Assembly: GCA_964016885.1 (NCBI GenBank)
Contig: OZ024742.1
Coordinates: 76,136,001-76,200,000, forward strand
From: Eledone cirrhosa
Taxonomy: Eukaryota
Direction: 5' to 3'
Length of the DNA: 64,000 nucleotides
Shown here: one piece after another, positions 13,090 through 25,532 of the stretch
Layout of the letters: each line of letters begins with the position of its first letter
Position numbering within the stretch: the stretch's first letter is position 1
Notes under the pieces: generated by a model
Told to the model about the DNA's origin: nothing
What the model saw: the letters and a program-made list of their open reading frames with translations, nothing else
Database searches by the model: none
Position numbers and translations under genes: made by a program

Positions 13090-13762
13090 CAGTCAGTTTC
13101 CTGTATGCGAGCGATAAATGACTGGCATTTCCAAATTGTAATAAAAAAGGAAATTTCGCTCTACATGGCTGAATACAATAAATGTAATCTGAGTTTTTCG
13201 AATATTAATAATAACATTCGATTCGTTTTCAATTATGCAAACAAACCTCAATTTCGTAGCCATGTCAGTAGAATGAACACTTCATTCTTGTTCTTGTGTT
13301 GGCATGCAAACAGAACATTTATTGTATCCAGCCATGTAGAGCGAAATTTTCTTTTTTATTTGAATTTGGCAATGCTCGTCATTTATCGCTCGTACACAGG
13401 AAACTGACAAGCCAGACTGCTGATATACAAATCTGGCTGATCAATGGATCTGCTAATATGCAGATCTGACTGATTAGCCAGTCTGCTAATATGCAGATCA
13501 GGCCGATCACTCACTGTGTATTTTTGAAAATAGCATATATTTTCACTAGCTCTGACAGTTTGGCAGGTGAACATTGAGTTGTACTGATGAAGGGTGATAC
13601 CCAGAAACATTAGTGTCTGCAGTTCAGTTTGCATGCCTACAAAAGAGCAAGAATGAAGTGTTCATTCTACTGACATGGCTATAAAACTGAGGTTTGTTCA
13701 CTTACTTGCAAACGAATCGAATGTTATTATTAATATTCGAACGACTCAGATTACATTTACAT
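13090..13762. mobile_element. Family C mini-element with an inverted, permuted partial duplication
   Basis: 13092-13185 is the inverse of 13315-13408, and 13180-13315 is the inverse of 13622-13758. A ~30-bp internal tandem repeat lies at 13410-13510. Confidence 0.8.
13575..13626 (+). ncRNA. Minimal type-I hammerhead ribozyme, family C
   Basis: TGAGTTGTA CTGATGA A-GGGT-GAT-ACCC-A GAAA CATTAGTG TC TGCAGTTCA: 9-bp stem I with G-U pairs, GUC triplet, predicted cleavage after C13617. Confidence 0.85.
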
Positions 13763-13792
13763 GTATATATATATATATATATTTGTCGGGCA

Positions 13793-13914
13793 TCCACTGA
13801 TGATTTATAAGTGCCCACCTACATATATTCCTACGGACTATGTGTAGGCTTCTACATAACCAGGACATTATTTTCCCAATTTGTAGAAAACTTATAATGA
13901 AACGATCGTTTGGA
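13793..13914 (+). ncRNA. Type-I hammerhead with a large stem-II insertion, family D
   Basis: TCCA CTGATGA T-TTATAAG...CTTATAA-T GAAA CGATCG TT TGGA. Confidence 0.75.
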
Positions 13915-14605
13915 AAGAGAGATGTATTTTAATTATGTCTCATATAAAATAATACAACTGGCTATCCGCAAAATACGTATAGTTAGCACCCCAAACGTAT
14001 AATTGGGATTATACTAAGGTATATCCTAATGTTTGTTGAGTGAGACGGAAGCCGGTCGGAGTATTGCTTAAAGCTTTCTCTGTTAATGTATTAAATATTA
14101 TACTCTTGATTTGGCCAGGGATGAATATTTCCAGATACTTTTTAGGTATGACTTTCCGTATTTATCCTTTGTATGAAATATTGATTGTTCTTCCGGTATC
14201 TTATCTCTGTTTTTAGCCTAAGAAAATACCTATATGCCTGTATAAATAATACATGCATATATTTATTTTTTTATATCCAATTAAGTTCTTCACGCATGGT
14301 TATAATTATTGAAAGAATTAATTGACCCACGTGCATATTATTTTATTGTTTTATGTTTTGCGATGACCACCACTTTCCGCTTGATGTCAGTGTGAGATTT
14401 CTCATTGTGAGACTGCTGGAATTTCAAATTTGGCGGTCATTCTAGCACGGAGGGGTACCGTCGCTGGACATTAATATCGGTAAGGTTTTTTTTTATATCA
14501 ATATTTGTCGAGAATCCACTGATGATTTATAAGTCCCCACCTACATATATTCCTATGGACTATGTGTAGGCTTCTACATAACCAGGACATTATTTTCCCA
14601 ATTTG

Positions 14606-14782
14606 GGGCAAGTATCAGTAGAGGTTCGGACGCCATGCTTTCTAGCATAGAGTTACGTCCCTTTACGGACTGGGTTCAAATCCCTCCAAGGTTAACTTTG
14701 CCTTTCATCCTTACGGGGTCGATAAAATAAAGTACCAGTAATGTACTGGGTAATTGCTGGCCTTGTGTCAAAAGTAGAAACA
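14606..14782 (+). mobile_element. tRNA-derived SINE, near full length; 17-bp TSD
   Basis: B-box GGTTCAAATCC and the Meta-like core. TSD ATTATTTTCCCAATTTG at 14589-14605 and 14783-14799. Confidence 0.9.
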
Positions 14783-15025
14783 ATTATTTTCCCAATTTGT
14801 AGAAAACTAACAATGAAACGATCGTTTGGAAAGAGAGATGTATTTTAATTATGTCTCATATAAAATAATACAACTGGCTATCCGCAACATACGTATAGTT
14901 AGCACCCCAAACGTATAATTGGGATTATACTAAGGTATTTATCCTCATGTTTGTTGAGTGAGACGGAAGCCTGTCGGAGTATTGCCTAAAGCTTTCTCTG
15001 TTAATGTACTAAATATATATATATA

Positions 15026-15632
15026 TGTCAGGTCACCAGTTGGTGCTACTGGTAACATGTATCCCAGTACAACCTGTCACATGGTCGGGTCGTTGGCGAC
15101 TAAACTGGCAACCCCACCAAGGTTTCTTGGTGAGGAGGGTGACTTTGGACATCCTGCAGGACTAAAAACAAAACCTGTCAAAGGGCAAGGGAGCTCTTAA
15201 GACTCAATAGCCATCCAAAATCACCGGGAGAGATGACCCCTTAGCCTTTGTCAAGGCAGAATTCTAGGAGAAGGAAAACTCTGATATAACACCTGCAACC
15301 CTGATGGTATCCAATGATGTTGACTTGTTCTTCTTTTTGGTAAATATCATCTTGGTTAAGAGAGTGGGACTGGCTTTGTGCAGTGCCTTTGCTCACTATA
15401 AAAGCTTCACAGCACAGGCATTGCTTTATATCTGGAGATCTCTCTGCACTTGTCATCACATGGTACCATGGGCCCTGCACTATGTGTCAATAATGGTCAC
15501 AAGTGTAGTCTTTGTACCAGAGTTTTCAAGTCGCTGGCTGGACTAAAAAGTCACATTCGTTCAGCGCATCGGTAGGGGTTCTCCTACATGGATATAAAGT
15601 AGTGGCCGTACTCGAAAACGAGTTGGCAGCCA

Positions 15633-15636
<4 letters not shown>
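15026..15636 (+). mobile_element. Bipartite non-autonomous RTE element (5' UTR fused to 3' end)
   Basis: RTE 5'-UTR-like CTAGGAGAAGGAAAACTCTGAT. The 3' end encodes an RTE-type C2H2 finger (C..CTRVFKSLAGLKSH.RSAH). Flanked by (TA)n; near-identical copy at 17934-18510. Confidence 0.8.
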
Positions 15637-15686
<50 letters not shown>

Positions 15687-16154
15687 CAGAGGTTTGTCGC
15701 TTGCTTGAACCAATAGACAACAATTTAAATAGACACAAATTTAGATGTTGATAACCAACACAATGCATTATGAAAATTGTTAAATTGCCAAGATAACAAA
15801 AGAACCTTACCTTAGCAAATTTAACGATCCCAAATATTTAAAAACCCATTATCAAGGGAGTAACCCAATAAGAGACTAAAAATAAATTCGAACGGATAGA
15901 CTAGTTTCTATGACAGCAGATTTAAGTGAAATGAAATGAAAAGACGTTAAAATTTCGAACGTACGCTTTGTGAAATGTATGATATATGTATGTTATATGC
16001 ATGTGTGTGCGTGAATGTTCGTATACGTGTGGATGAATATATATTTATGTAATGAAATATGTGTGTGAATATGTATACAACAAAACGGGAAAAATATGTG
16101 TGTGATATATGTATGTGTGTGTGTATGCGTGTGTGTGTGTGTATGTGTGTGTGT

Positions 16155-16215
<61 letters not shown>

Positions 16216-16449
16216 CGTGCGTGCGTGTGTGTGTATGTGTGTGTGTGAGTTTAACTGTGTTTGCCAAGTGACCACATAGATATAATTTGAAAGAAAAAAA
16301 GAATGAAATTGGCCGTTATGATGTTGGAAACTAGGCTTTTGATTTAGCTATTCTGGTGCATTTCTTTCCCTTCGATTATTGATCCTAGGTTTTAATTACT
16401 TATATCATGGCTGCAAGCTCTGCTAAGAGTATTGCAATCGCTTGTCAGA

Positions 16450-16901
16450 TTATAGAGTTTGGTGCACCTTTAGGCTACGGCCTGGCACACGAACATGTAA
16501 CATATTCTAAAACAAGCAATGCCTGTGCTTTGAAGGCATTTGAAGTGCACTCGACCAATCCCACTCTCTGAGCATCGAAAACACTACGCGAAAAGAAGAA
16601 CTGGTCAACATCATCGGATGCTTCCGAAGCCGCAGTTTTGCCTCTCCTAGAAAGGTGTTGTGACAATAATTGGGGGCATTTCACTCCCAGGTGAAAAAAA
16701 AAACTATTTGGAAGGCTGTTGACTCTGCTGAATTCCTCCCCTCTTTGTCGGATCATTTATTTCATCCTGCAGGATGTCCAAATATCACCCTCAACACCAA
16801 TTTAGCTTGGTTGGACTGCCGGTTTACTCGCCAACGACCCGACCATGAGACAGGTTGTACTGGGTTACGTGTTACCAGTAGCACGCGAGAGTGACCTGAC
16901 A
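16450..16901 (-). mobile_element. Diverged relative of the bipartite RTE element
   Basis: Shares CTACTGGTAACA.GTA.CCCAGTACAACCTGTC.CATGGTCGGGTCGTTGGCGA and TTTGGACATCCTGCAGGA. Confidence 0.7.
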
Positions 16902-16989
16902 CACATATATATTTATATATATATATATACACACGTGTATACACACATACACGCGAACATACACGCACACACACACACACATATATACG

Positions 16990-17900
16990 TGGTAACGTAG
17001 CAAACAAAGCCAACAAGAGAGAGACATATATATATAGAGAGGGAGACAGTTGTAGAAAGAGAATAGGCAGAGAACTATAACGTCGCAATCCTTATCCCAT
17101 GTGTGTATGTGTGAACGTGTGTACATATGTTAGAGTGACTGCAGTTGGCCCTTTATCTATCTGTCTGTGTGCCTGCCCGTCGTACACGCAAGGGCCATAT
17201 TGTGGTAAACTGTTTTGCTAGATATGACAGCAAAATAAAATGTAGCTTCTACAACACAAACATCGATTTGTACCTCTATGTATAACTCTTTTTGCATCCC
17301 AGTATCTACCTACCTACATACCTATCTATCTACCTATGTCAAGCGATGTTTATTATTATAGTTGATTTAATAATTTTAAAATTATTTGTATTTCTTTCCT
17401 CCATTCTTCTGGCAACCCCAATAATCGATTTCAACTTCTTGAATTCATTTAAATATTCTGAACAGTAAACCAACTACAGAAGGCATTCGAAAAAAGAATG
17501 AACTGGATTTGTCTAGTAAATATATAAAGCTAATTACTTGCTATAACTGCGGAGAAGCCGCCAGTTCACCACGACTCGATTTTAATCTGCCAATTCTGAG
17601 ATATAAAACGTGAATATGTCTTTTTCACACACATTCAAATTCAACTGACATGTGAGAACTTATCCAATCGCTGTTATTGCATGTTAAATAGATCCAGCTG
17701 CCATCCAACTACTTCAAAATAAATCTGTTTTTATGAACACTATTGATAATCGTGTTTATGGCGATCAAATTTATGATAGCAGAGTCGGAAAATCTTTATT
17801 ATAACCTTTTACTTATCTGAAAAAATTCCCAATAATTCTTCATTGCAACTTAAACTATACAGATCGCTGAGAAACAGAAAACCATTTCATCTTTCGTAAA
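16990..17900 (+). mobile_element. Non-autonomous derivative of the Helitron at 2470-10100
   Basis: 16990-17335 aligns by eye to 2670-3070, and 17420-17530 aligns to 9650-9740. Confidence 0.65.
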
Positions 17901-17933
17901 TATACAATCAACTATACATACATACATAAACAC

Positions 17934-18510
17934 ATGGTGGCTGCCAACTCGTTTTCGAGTACGGCCACTACTTTATATCCATGTAGGAGAACCCCTTCTG
18001 ATGCGCTGAACGAGTGTGACTTTTTAGTCCAGCCAGCGACTTGAAAACTCTGGTACAAACACTACACTTGTGACAATTATTGACACATAGTGCTGGGCCC
18101 ATGTGACGACAAGTGCAGAGAGATCTCCAGATATAAAGCAATGCCTGTGCCGTGAAGCTTTTATAGTGAGCAAAGGCACTGCACAAAGCCAGTCCCACTC
18201 TCTTAAGCAAGATGATATTTACCAAAAAGAAGAACAAGTCAACATCATTGGATACCATCAGGGTTGCAGGTGTTATATCAGAGTTTTCCTTCTCCTAGAA
18301 TTCTGCCTTGACAAAGGCTAAGGGGTCATCTCTCCCGGTGATTTTGGATGGCCATTGACTCTTAAGAGCTCCTTTGCCATTTGACAGGTTTTGTTTTTAG
18401 TCTTGCAGGATGTCCAAAGTCACCCTCCTCGCCAAGAAACCTTGGTGGGGTTGCCAGTTTAGTCGCCAACGACCCGAGCATGGGACAGGTTATACTGGGA
18501 TACATGTTAC
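17934..18510 (-). mobile_element. Second copy of the bipartite non-autonomous RTE element
   Basis: Reverse complement of 15050-15636. ORF 17968-18258 contains CHKCSVCTRVFKSLAGLKSHTRSAH. Confidence 0.85.
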
Positions 18511-18613
18511 ATAAACACATACATGCATACATACATACATACATACATACATAAATACACACACATATATATATATATGATAGATAAATATATATATATA
18601 TATATATATACAT

Positions 18614-18650
<37 letters not shown>

Positions 18651-19031
18651 TACACACATATATATATATAATTAGTATTATTATAAATGACAGGAGGCTT
18701 TCTTTCCTTATAGCTTATTGGATTCTGTTTACCATTATTGTTTATTATATAACTATTATGCAGTATACACCTGATGATGTCACCATGATCCTACGTTACC
18801 AGGCCACTGAATTATACATAGTGTTTGCTGAAATAAATCTTTGAAGGAATTTCACCAGTCCAGCCTCCAGTCATTTTACTAAATAATAATTAACTACGTT
18901 CTCACACCACCACCAACAAGACAACATCAAAGATGGATGAGTTGCAAAACGTCTTGTGCTTTTCCTAATGTTACATCATGGTTGGCTATATGGTATGATC
19001 AGTTATATCAGCAGTAAACCAGCAGACTTAA

Positions 19032-19142
<111 letters not shown>

Positions 19143-19164
19143 TATATTATATATATATATATAA

Positions 19165-20162
19165 GGTGACCGGACCAGCACTTGGTTTCCCTGCCAGTAC
19201 CGGTTGCATCTCAGCGTACTCAATAGGAAAGTGTATTCTAAATCCCAGATTAGACACAAAGTGATCTGCCTCAATATCACACACGTAAATGTGTACCATC
19301 ATTTCATACCCGTACTCGATTTTCGGCCAAACTTAATGCAGCAAGATACCGTACAACATCTGTTGTCTGCATCAATGCAACAGTGCATAAACGGCGCACG
19401 TGGCTTCATCAGCTGGTCTCTCCTTATCAATAACTAATCTATCGACAGAATTCGATTCCAGTCCGTGCCGGTTAGGGCAGTGTATGAGACAGGCGTGTCA
19501 CAGTAGCACATTAGTAATTAAAATCCCTACGCGTCATCGAAATACAGTCAACCGATTGGTCATTGGTTCAGAAACTTACGTGATTGTTAGGAGTCAAGAT
19601 TCTATGTTTCGGAGACTCCATAAGAACTCAACCAACATATCTCAAGTAAAGAAAAGAAATATATATATCAAGTGAGTGAAACAATTGTTTATTATAGAAA
19701 GTCTACCTCGAATCACTGTACAATAGATTGGTAGCATTCGGCTCTAGTATCTAAGTACCATGGTGAATATGGTGCGACAGTAAACAATGGTAGTGCCTAA
19801 AACCTTTCTGGACATTAAATGCCAACAGACAATTAGACAGTGATATAGAATTAACGCGCTGGTTAGAATTCGAATTCGGGATATTTCTACCAGCCACGTG
19901 CATACAACCAATCAATTTCACTTGTACGAGTCAATAGGCGAGTGGGAGAGAAAGATAGATCATGTATTAGAGCGTATATTAAATAAAACAAAATAAAACA
20001 TGCGAAAATTGCTCAGATTTCTCATTGTGAATCTCGGAGTTGGGAGAAAACAATAGTCATAAGTTGGCGGGACTAGCATTAGGTTTCCCTGCTAGTACCG
20101 GTTTCATCGCAGCGTACTCAATAGGTAAGTTTATGTAAAAATCCCAGAGTAGACACAAAGTT
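19165..20162 (-). mobile_element. Family E element (~900-bp unit with a ~95-bp direct terminal repeat) carrying a degenerate expanded hammerhead
   Basis: 19172-19262 is repeated at 20070-20161. The hammerhead lies at 19308-19417 on the minus strand. Confidence 0.7.
19308..19417 (-). ncRNA. Degenerate type-I hammerhead with a ~70-nt stem-II insertion, family E
   Basis: Reverse complement reads ACCAG CTGATGA A-GCCA...TGGC-C GAAA ATCGAG TA CGGGT. Confidence 0.6.
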
Positions 20163-20778
20163 ATACATATTTAAATATAGTATCTCGAAAAGTATACGAT
20201 CTTAGGCAGGAAAAATCTCTGTGTATTTCGGTTACCCCTGTCAGGAAACCGTTTAAAGCCACCGCAATTTTGATCCAGCAATTCTTCACCAATGAAACGA
20301 ATATTGGCAATTTAAGGATTAAAGAGCCTATTTTCATCAGCCGATTAAAACCAGGGATAAATAATACGTGGGAAGTGCACGAGGCAGAAAGGTTACTGTA
20401 GCAATATTGCGCATGCGATTAGCAAATACATAGAACAGTTAGGAAACAGAACTTTAGTCGCTCGTTTTGTGTATATTGAACTGTTTCAGCTTCGCATCTG
20501 AAAGTAGGGCAGTATCCCTAAAATATCATGCTAAGATACTCTGCATAAAACATTGGTTTGTTTTGTTTCATTTGTCAGCATTTATCTTCGTATTCTACTA
20601 CTGCATTGTACCAGCTTTAAAAAAAATGGTCTATCCTTTCCAGTATATATATATATATATATATATATATACTTGTTTTGCTACGCACACACACACACAT
20701 ATAAATATGTATACATATATATATATATATATATATATTTACTTGTTTTGCTACGCACACACACACACATAAATATGT

Positions 20779-20824
<46 letters not shown>

Positions 20825-20937
20825 CCGTCGAAACGGCTTGAGCACTGCCGTCGGGGTCATACTTTTTCATATATATATATATATGTATATTTATTCTTGA
20901 ATTCTATTTATTATGTATATAATATAATATATATATG

Positions 20938-21337
20938 GAAAAAATGAAACGAAATTTCATTTCTCACTCTTAGTACGGCTGTTACTTAAATATAATACTT
21001 ACATACATATATGTATACAGACGTACAGTAGTATGTATATATAAACATACATGCACACATATATATATGCACGTATGGATTTACTAACATTTATTATAAT
21101 GCTCAGTTTGTTTGTAAACAAACAGCCCGAATTAAGTCCTACAGTGTTTAGCAACCATCGTTGCCCTTTTGTTCAACACTGACAGAGGAAAGATGTACTA
21201 GTTTCAAGCTTATTAGCTATCGTCAGCATCGTATACCTTCCTGCCAGATGATTGAACGTTTGAAAGTATATACTTTCCTTATGCATATTAACGGCTGAGC
21301 AGCCTAATTCGCATATCGAGTGAGTTAGTCGGCCGGG
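20938..21337 (-). mobile_element. Solo copy of family B with a hammerhead at 21191-21231
   Basis: Colinear with 12075-12500. Reverse complement reads CGATG CTGACGA TAGCTAATAAGCTT GAAA CTAG TA CATCT. Confidence 0.85.
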
Positions 21338-21394
21338 TGTTTTTTACAAAAGGAAAAAAACGAGATGTCCACGAGTGAAATTATAAGGAAAAAA

Positions 21395-23331
21395 GATGAA
21401 ATCGAAAATGCAACTGGAGTCTTTTTAAGAATATTTAATTGGTTCTTCTACCGGTTTCGCAGTTCTCGTACTTTTCAAAAGTAGAACTGAGATGGAGGGT
21501 TTGTGGTTTTTCTCGCATCTGGTTGGTCTTCGAACGTTACTTCTGTTGTATGTGGAAAAAAGTGGCTCGAAATGCTACGTTTTTAGAAAAGCCATTTGGT
21601 TGGTTGATGACTGTCTTCTGAATAAGCATAATAAATTTGCGCCAGTTCGCGTTACAAAGTTCTTATTATATTTGCCTTAAAACAGGGGGGGGGGGGGGGG
21701 CTCACATTGTTTTTTCATATGAGAGTGAAATTTGGTTGGTTGATGCAGTCACGTGAATAAGCAAATCAACATTCGCGCCAGTTTGTTTTTGAGTTTCTTT
21801 TTACTTAAAAAGGTGGCTCAAAAAAGTTTCTTTTACAAATGTAATTTGATTGGTTATAAATGAAATTATGACTGTCACATGAACAAGTACATTAAATTTC
21901 GCGCCCGTATTTGGGCAACATGTATACAATTCAATCAGGACAACATTTTGTTGTAGAAATCTCCTTCACTTGCTCATCAAAAAATTTAATTCATGCCATT
22001 AAATGTAAAGGATGCAATGAGATTATATAGGACAAACTAAACTCACAGTCAGAAACAGAATGACAATTCATCGCCAACAATTACGAGACCCTACCACAAT
22101 ACAGATACTACTCAGTGCACATCTAGAACAGCCAAATTCCAAGTCTTACCATTTTATCTTTGCGCTGACAATACAACAGAACAAATACGAAGAAATAAGG
22201 AAAATATGTTTATTCAAAAGTATAGACCAACATTAAGTTTAGTTTAATATACATTATGTTAATACCATAACATGCTAACCATTCAAACAGACACATACAT
22301 ACACACACACACACACATAACACCTTCTATATTCGAAAACAAAAATCAGAGCTACATAAACCTTAACATAAGTTAATGCTCTAACACATTGACATGCGAA
22401 ACATACCCCCCACACACATAACCCCTCCCCCATTTCTACAAACGGAATCATTTTCCTACACACACAAACCCACACACACACACACAAATATATATTCTCT
22501 CCATCTTAACATGCTAACCATACTCCCACACACACATACACACACACATATAACACCCATAAACACACACACATATAACTCCCTCCTCCATTTCTACTAA
22601 TAGAAACATTTTCCTACACACACAGACAGACACACACACAGACAGTCACACACACACACACACACACCAGCACACAAATAAAAATACATATCTCTACTTT
22701 CTTTATTTCAATAGAAAATCTGAATTTTGACACCTCAGCACAACAGCCATACTCACTGAAGCAGACCAATTCTCCCCATTCATTTTTTTCTTGACGAGTA
22801 ACTTTGTTTGGCACAAAATTCTCTAAATGGCCACAAAAAAAAAAAATTCCCAAATGCGGGCGCGATATTTAATGTACTTGTTCTCGTGACAGTTTAATTT
22901 AATTTATGACCAATCTAATTACATTTATAAAAAACAACTTTTTCAGGTGCGAAAGTTGATTTGCTTATTCACGTGACTGCATCAACCAACCAAATTTCAC
23001 TCATATATGAAAAAACCATCTGAGCCCCCTACCCCCTTTTTTTAAAGGCAAATATAATAAGAACTTTGTAACGCGTACTGGCTCGAAATTTGTTATACTT
23101 ATTTACATAGCAGTCATCAACAAACTAAATTATTTTTATAAAAACCTAGCATTTCGTGCCACCATTTTCCACATAAAACAGAAGTAACATTCGAAGACCA
23201 ACCAGAAGCGAGAAAAACTACAAACCCTTCATGTCAATTCTACTTTTGAAAGGCATAGGAACTGCGAAACCGGTAAAGGAACCAAATAAATATTCTTAAA
23301 AAGACTCCATTTGCATTTTCAATTTCATCTT
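21395..23331. mobile_element. Foldback or long-TIR non-autonomous DNA element
   Basis: About 500-bp diverged inverted arms at about 21395-21910 and 22855-23331 (for example GATGAAATCGAAAATGCAACTGGAGTCTTTTTAAGAATATT and its inverse), with a CA-rich spacer. Confidence 0.75.
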
Positions 23332-23344
23332 GTTTCATTATATA

Positions 23345-24230
23345 TATGTTTACAACAAGATCTGGATGCCATATACAAATGGGCTGAAGACAACAACATA
23401 CAATTTAATGCTGGACAATGTCAAGTCCTACAAACCAACCAGCAAACACAAATACAGTACAAGTGTTACACTTGTCCAGGAGGGACCTAAATTCCCGTCC
23501 CGAAATCGATAAGAGACTTGGGAATAGACATGAGCGATGATGCATCTTTTTCCTCACACATCATGAAAGTGGAGACAATGTGCAGACGACTCGATGGCTG
23601 AAGACTTTCCGAACTAGTGACCGAGAGACCATGGTGACACTATGGAGGACATTTGTACTAAGCCGCCTGGACTATTGCTCCCAGCTGTGGTCACCCCATA
23701 GTGTCAAACTAACACCGGAGCTTGAGGCAATCCAACGAGGCGACACTAAAAGGATTGCGACGATGAAGGAGATAAGCTACTGGGAGAGGCTAAAAGAACT
23801 GAATCTCTACTTGGAACGAAGACGGGAGAGATACGCAGTGATATATATATGTAAAATCCTGGATGGACTACCACCAAACTGTGGCATTGGGAGCTGGACT
23901 AACCCCGAACAGGATGTCACTATATGGTGCCAAATGTCCCATCTTCCACATCTAGAATGAGGAGCAGATATTGCAATAGCCTGAGGTTCAAGGGCCCTCA
24001 ACTCTTCAACAAGCTGCCGAGGCATCTGAAAGATCTGCATGGTGTGGACGTGGTTGTTTTCAAGAAACATCTCGACACCTTGCTATACAGGATGCAGGAT
24101 AAGCCCACAAGACGGCACAATGGAAACTTAAGGGGAGCAGCAAAGAACTCCCTCTTGCACAAGTGGCCAAGCAATACAGGTTGAAGATAATATGTGTAAC
24201 CTCAACTGGATGGCTGGAGCAGGTAAAAGA
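23345..24230 (+). mobile_element. CR1/L2-group LINE 3' fragment
   Basis: DLGIDMSDD, TLWRTFVLSRLDYCSQLWSP, LEAIQR and SYWERLKELNLY.ERRRERY are typical of the CR1-group region downstream of RT. Confidence 0.85.
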
Positions 24231-24240
24231 GTATAAGATT

Positions 24241-24275
<35 letters not shown>

Positions 24276-24431
24276 CCACACACACATACACACACACACA
24301 CCCACACACCCACACACACATACACACACATATATATATATATATATAGATATATAACAAAGGAATTGTGGAAAGGAACCAGATGGACCATAACGCACCA
24401 GAGTGCTCAATACTTAGGGTAGTAGAGTGGG

Positions 24432-24499
<68 letters not shown>

Positions 24500-24502
<3 letters not shown>

Positions 24503-24720
24503 CTCCTGCGGTGATGGGCGACAGGTGGAGGTAACAGGTGGAGGTAACAGGTTGAGGTAACATCTGGGATTTGCTAGTCTGACTCCGGTCTCTTCCCCTG
24601 CACTCACTGTCCCCGGACCTGCAAGTTAAGGATCAGCCTCCACAGCCACCTTCGTGCCCACGGCAGACGGGAACAACAATAAAGAAGATGTCATCATTGT
24701 TTACGATGGACAACCTAGAG
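24500..24720 (+). mobile_element. RTE LINE extreme 3' end
   Basis: Translates LFPCTHCPRTCKLRISLHSHLRAH, the RTE C-terminal C2H2 finger. Confidence 0.75.
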
Positions 24721-24721
24721 A

Positions 24722-24803
<82 letters not shown>

Positions 24804-24804
24804 C

Positions 24805-24908
24805 TTAAAATAACAGATTAAAGTTTAAGCAAAGAATCGCTGCTTTCACCCTTAACGGGATCTTCTGAAACTAACTCTACGGTTCTTATATATATTAATA
24901 TTGATATA

Positions 24909-24970
<62 letters not shown>

Positions 24971-25215
24971 TTTTTCCTTATCGAGCCCTCTTTAGGATTT
25001 TAGTCTTCAATTTTATTATTATTACTATATATATATATATATATATATTTATTTATTTATTAAAATAACAGATTAAAGTTTAAGCAAAGAATCGTTGCTT
25101 TCACCCTTAACGGGATCTTCTGAACTAAAAAAATTAATCTGTGAACGCAGAAGTAAAAATTTAAAATAACGTTATAGCCGGAGGAAGACAGGAAGACGAT
25201 ACTTTGGTTAGTGGA
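24805..25215. mobile_element. Family F fragments (CAGAAGA-core hammerhead-like motif at 24822-24872 and about 25077-25126, minus)
   Basis: TAAAATAACAGATTAAAGTTTAAGCAAAGAATCGCTGCTTTCACCCTTAACGGGATCTTCTG is shared with 32343-32735 and 62427-62790. Confidence 0.8.
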
Positions 25216-25289
25216 GACGTTCCCACATCAAGACGTAAATTATCCGCCCTCTTCGGATTTTAGTATTCAAATTTAATATTATTACTACA

Positions 25290-25447
<158 letters not shown>

Positions 25448-25496
25448 GTGTGTATATATATACATATATATATATGTATGTATATGTATATATATA

Positions 25497-25532
<36 letters not shown>

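Larger units (their letters stand above)
13781..15015 (+). mobile_element. Family D tandem element (unit about 720 bp) with expanded-stem-II hammerheads; second unit interrupted by a SINE
   Basis: 13781-14097 is repeated at 14503-15015 once the SINE is removed. A diverged relative lies at 33245-33740. Confidence 0.85.

Noticed and set aside
20195-20347. Minus-strand CTGATGA...CGAAA pair
   Set aside because: Stems I to III could not be paired convincingly; at most a very decayed hammerhead.
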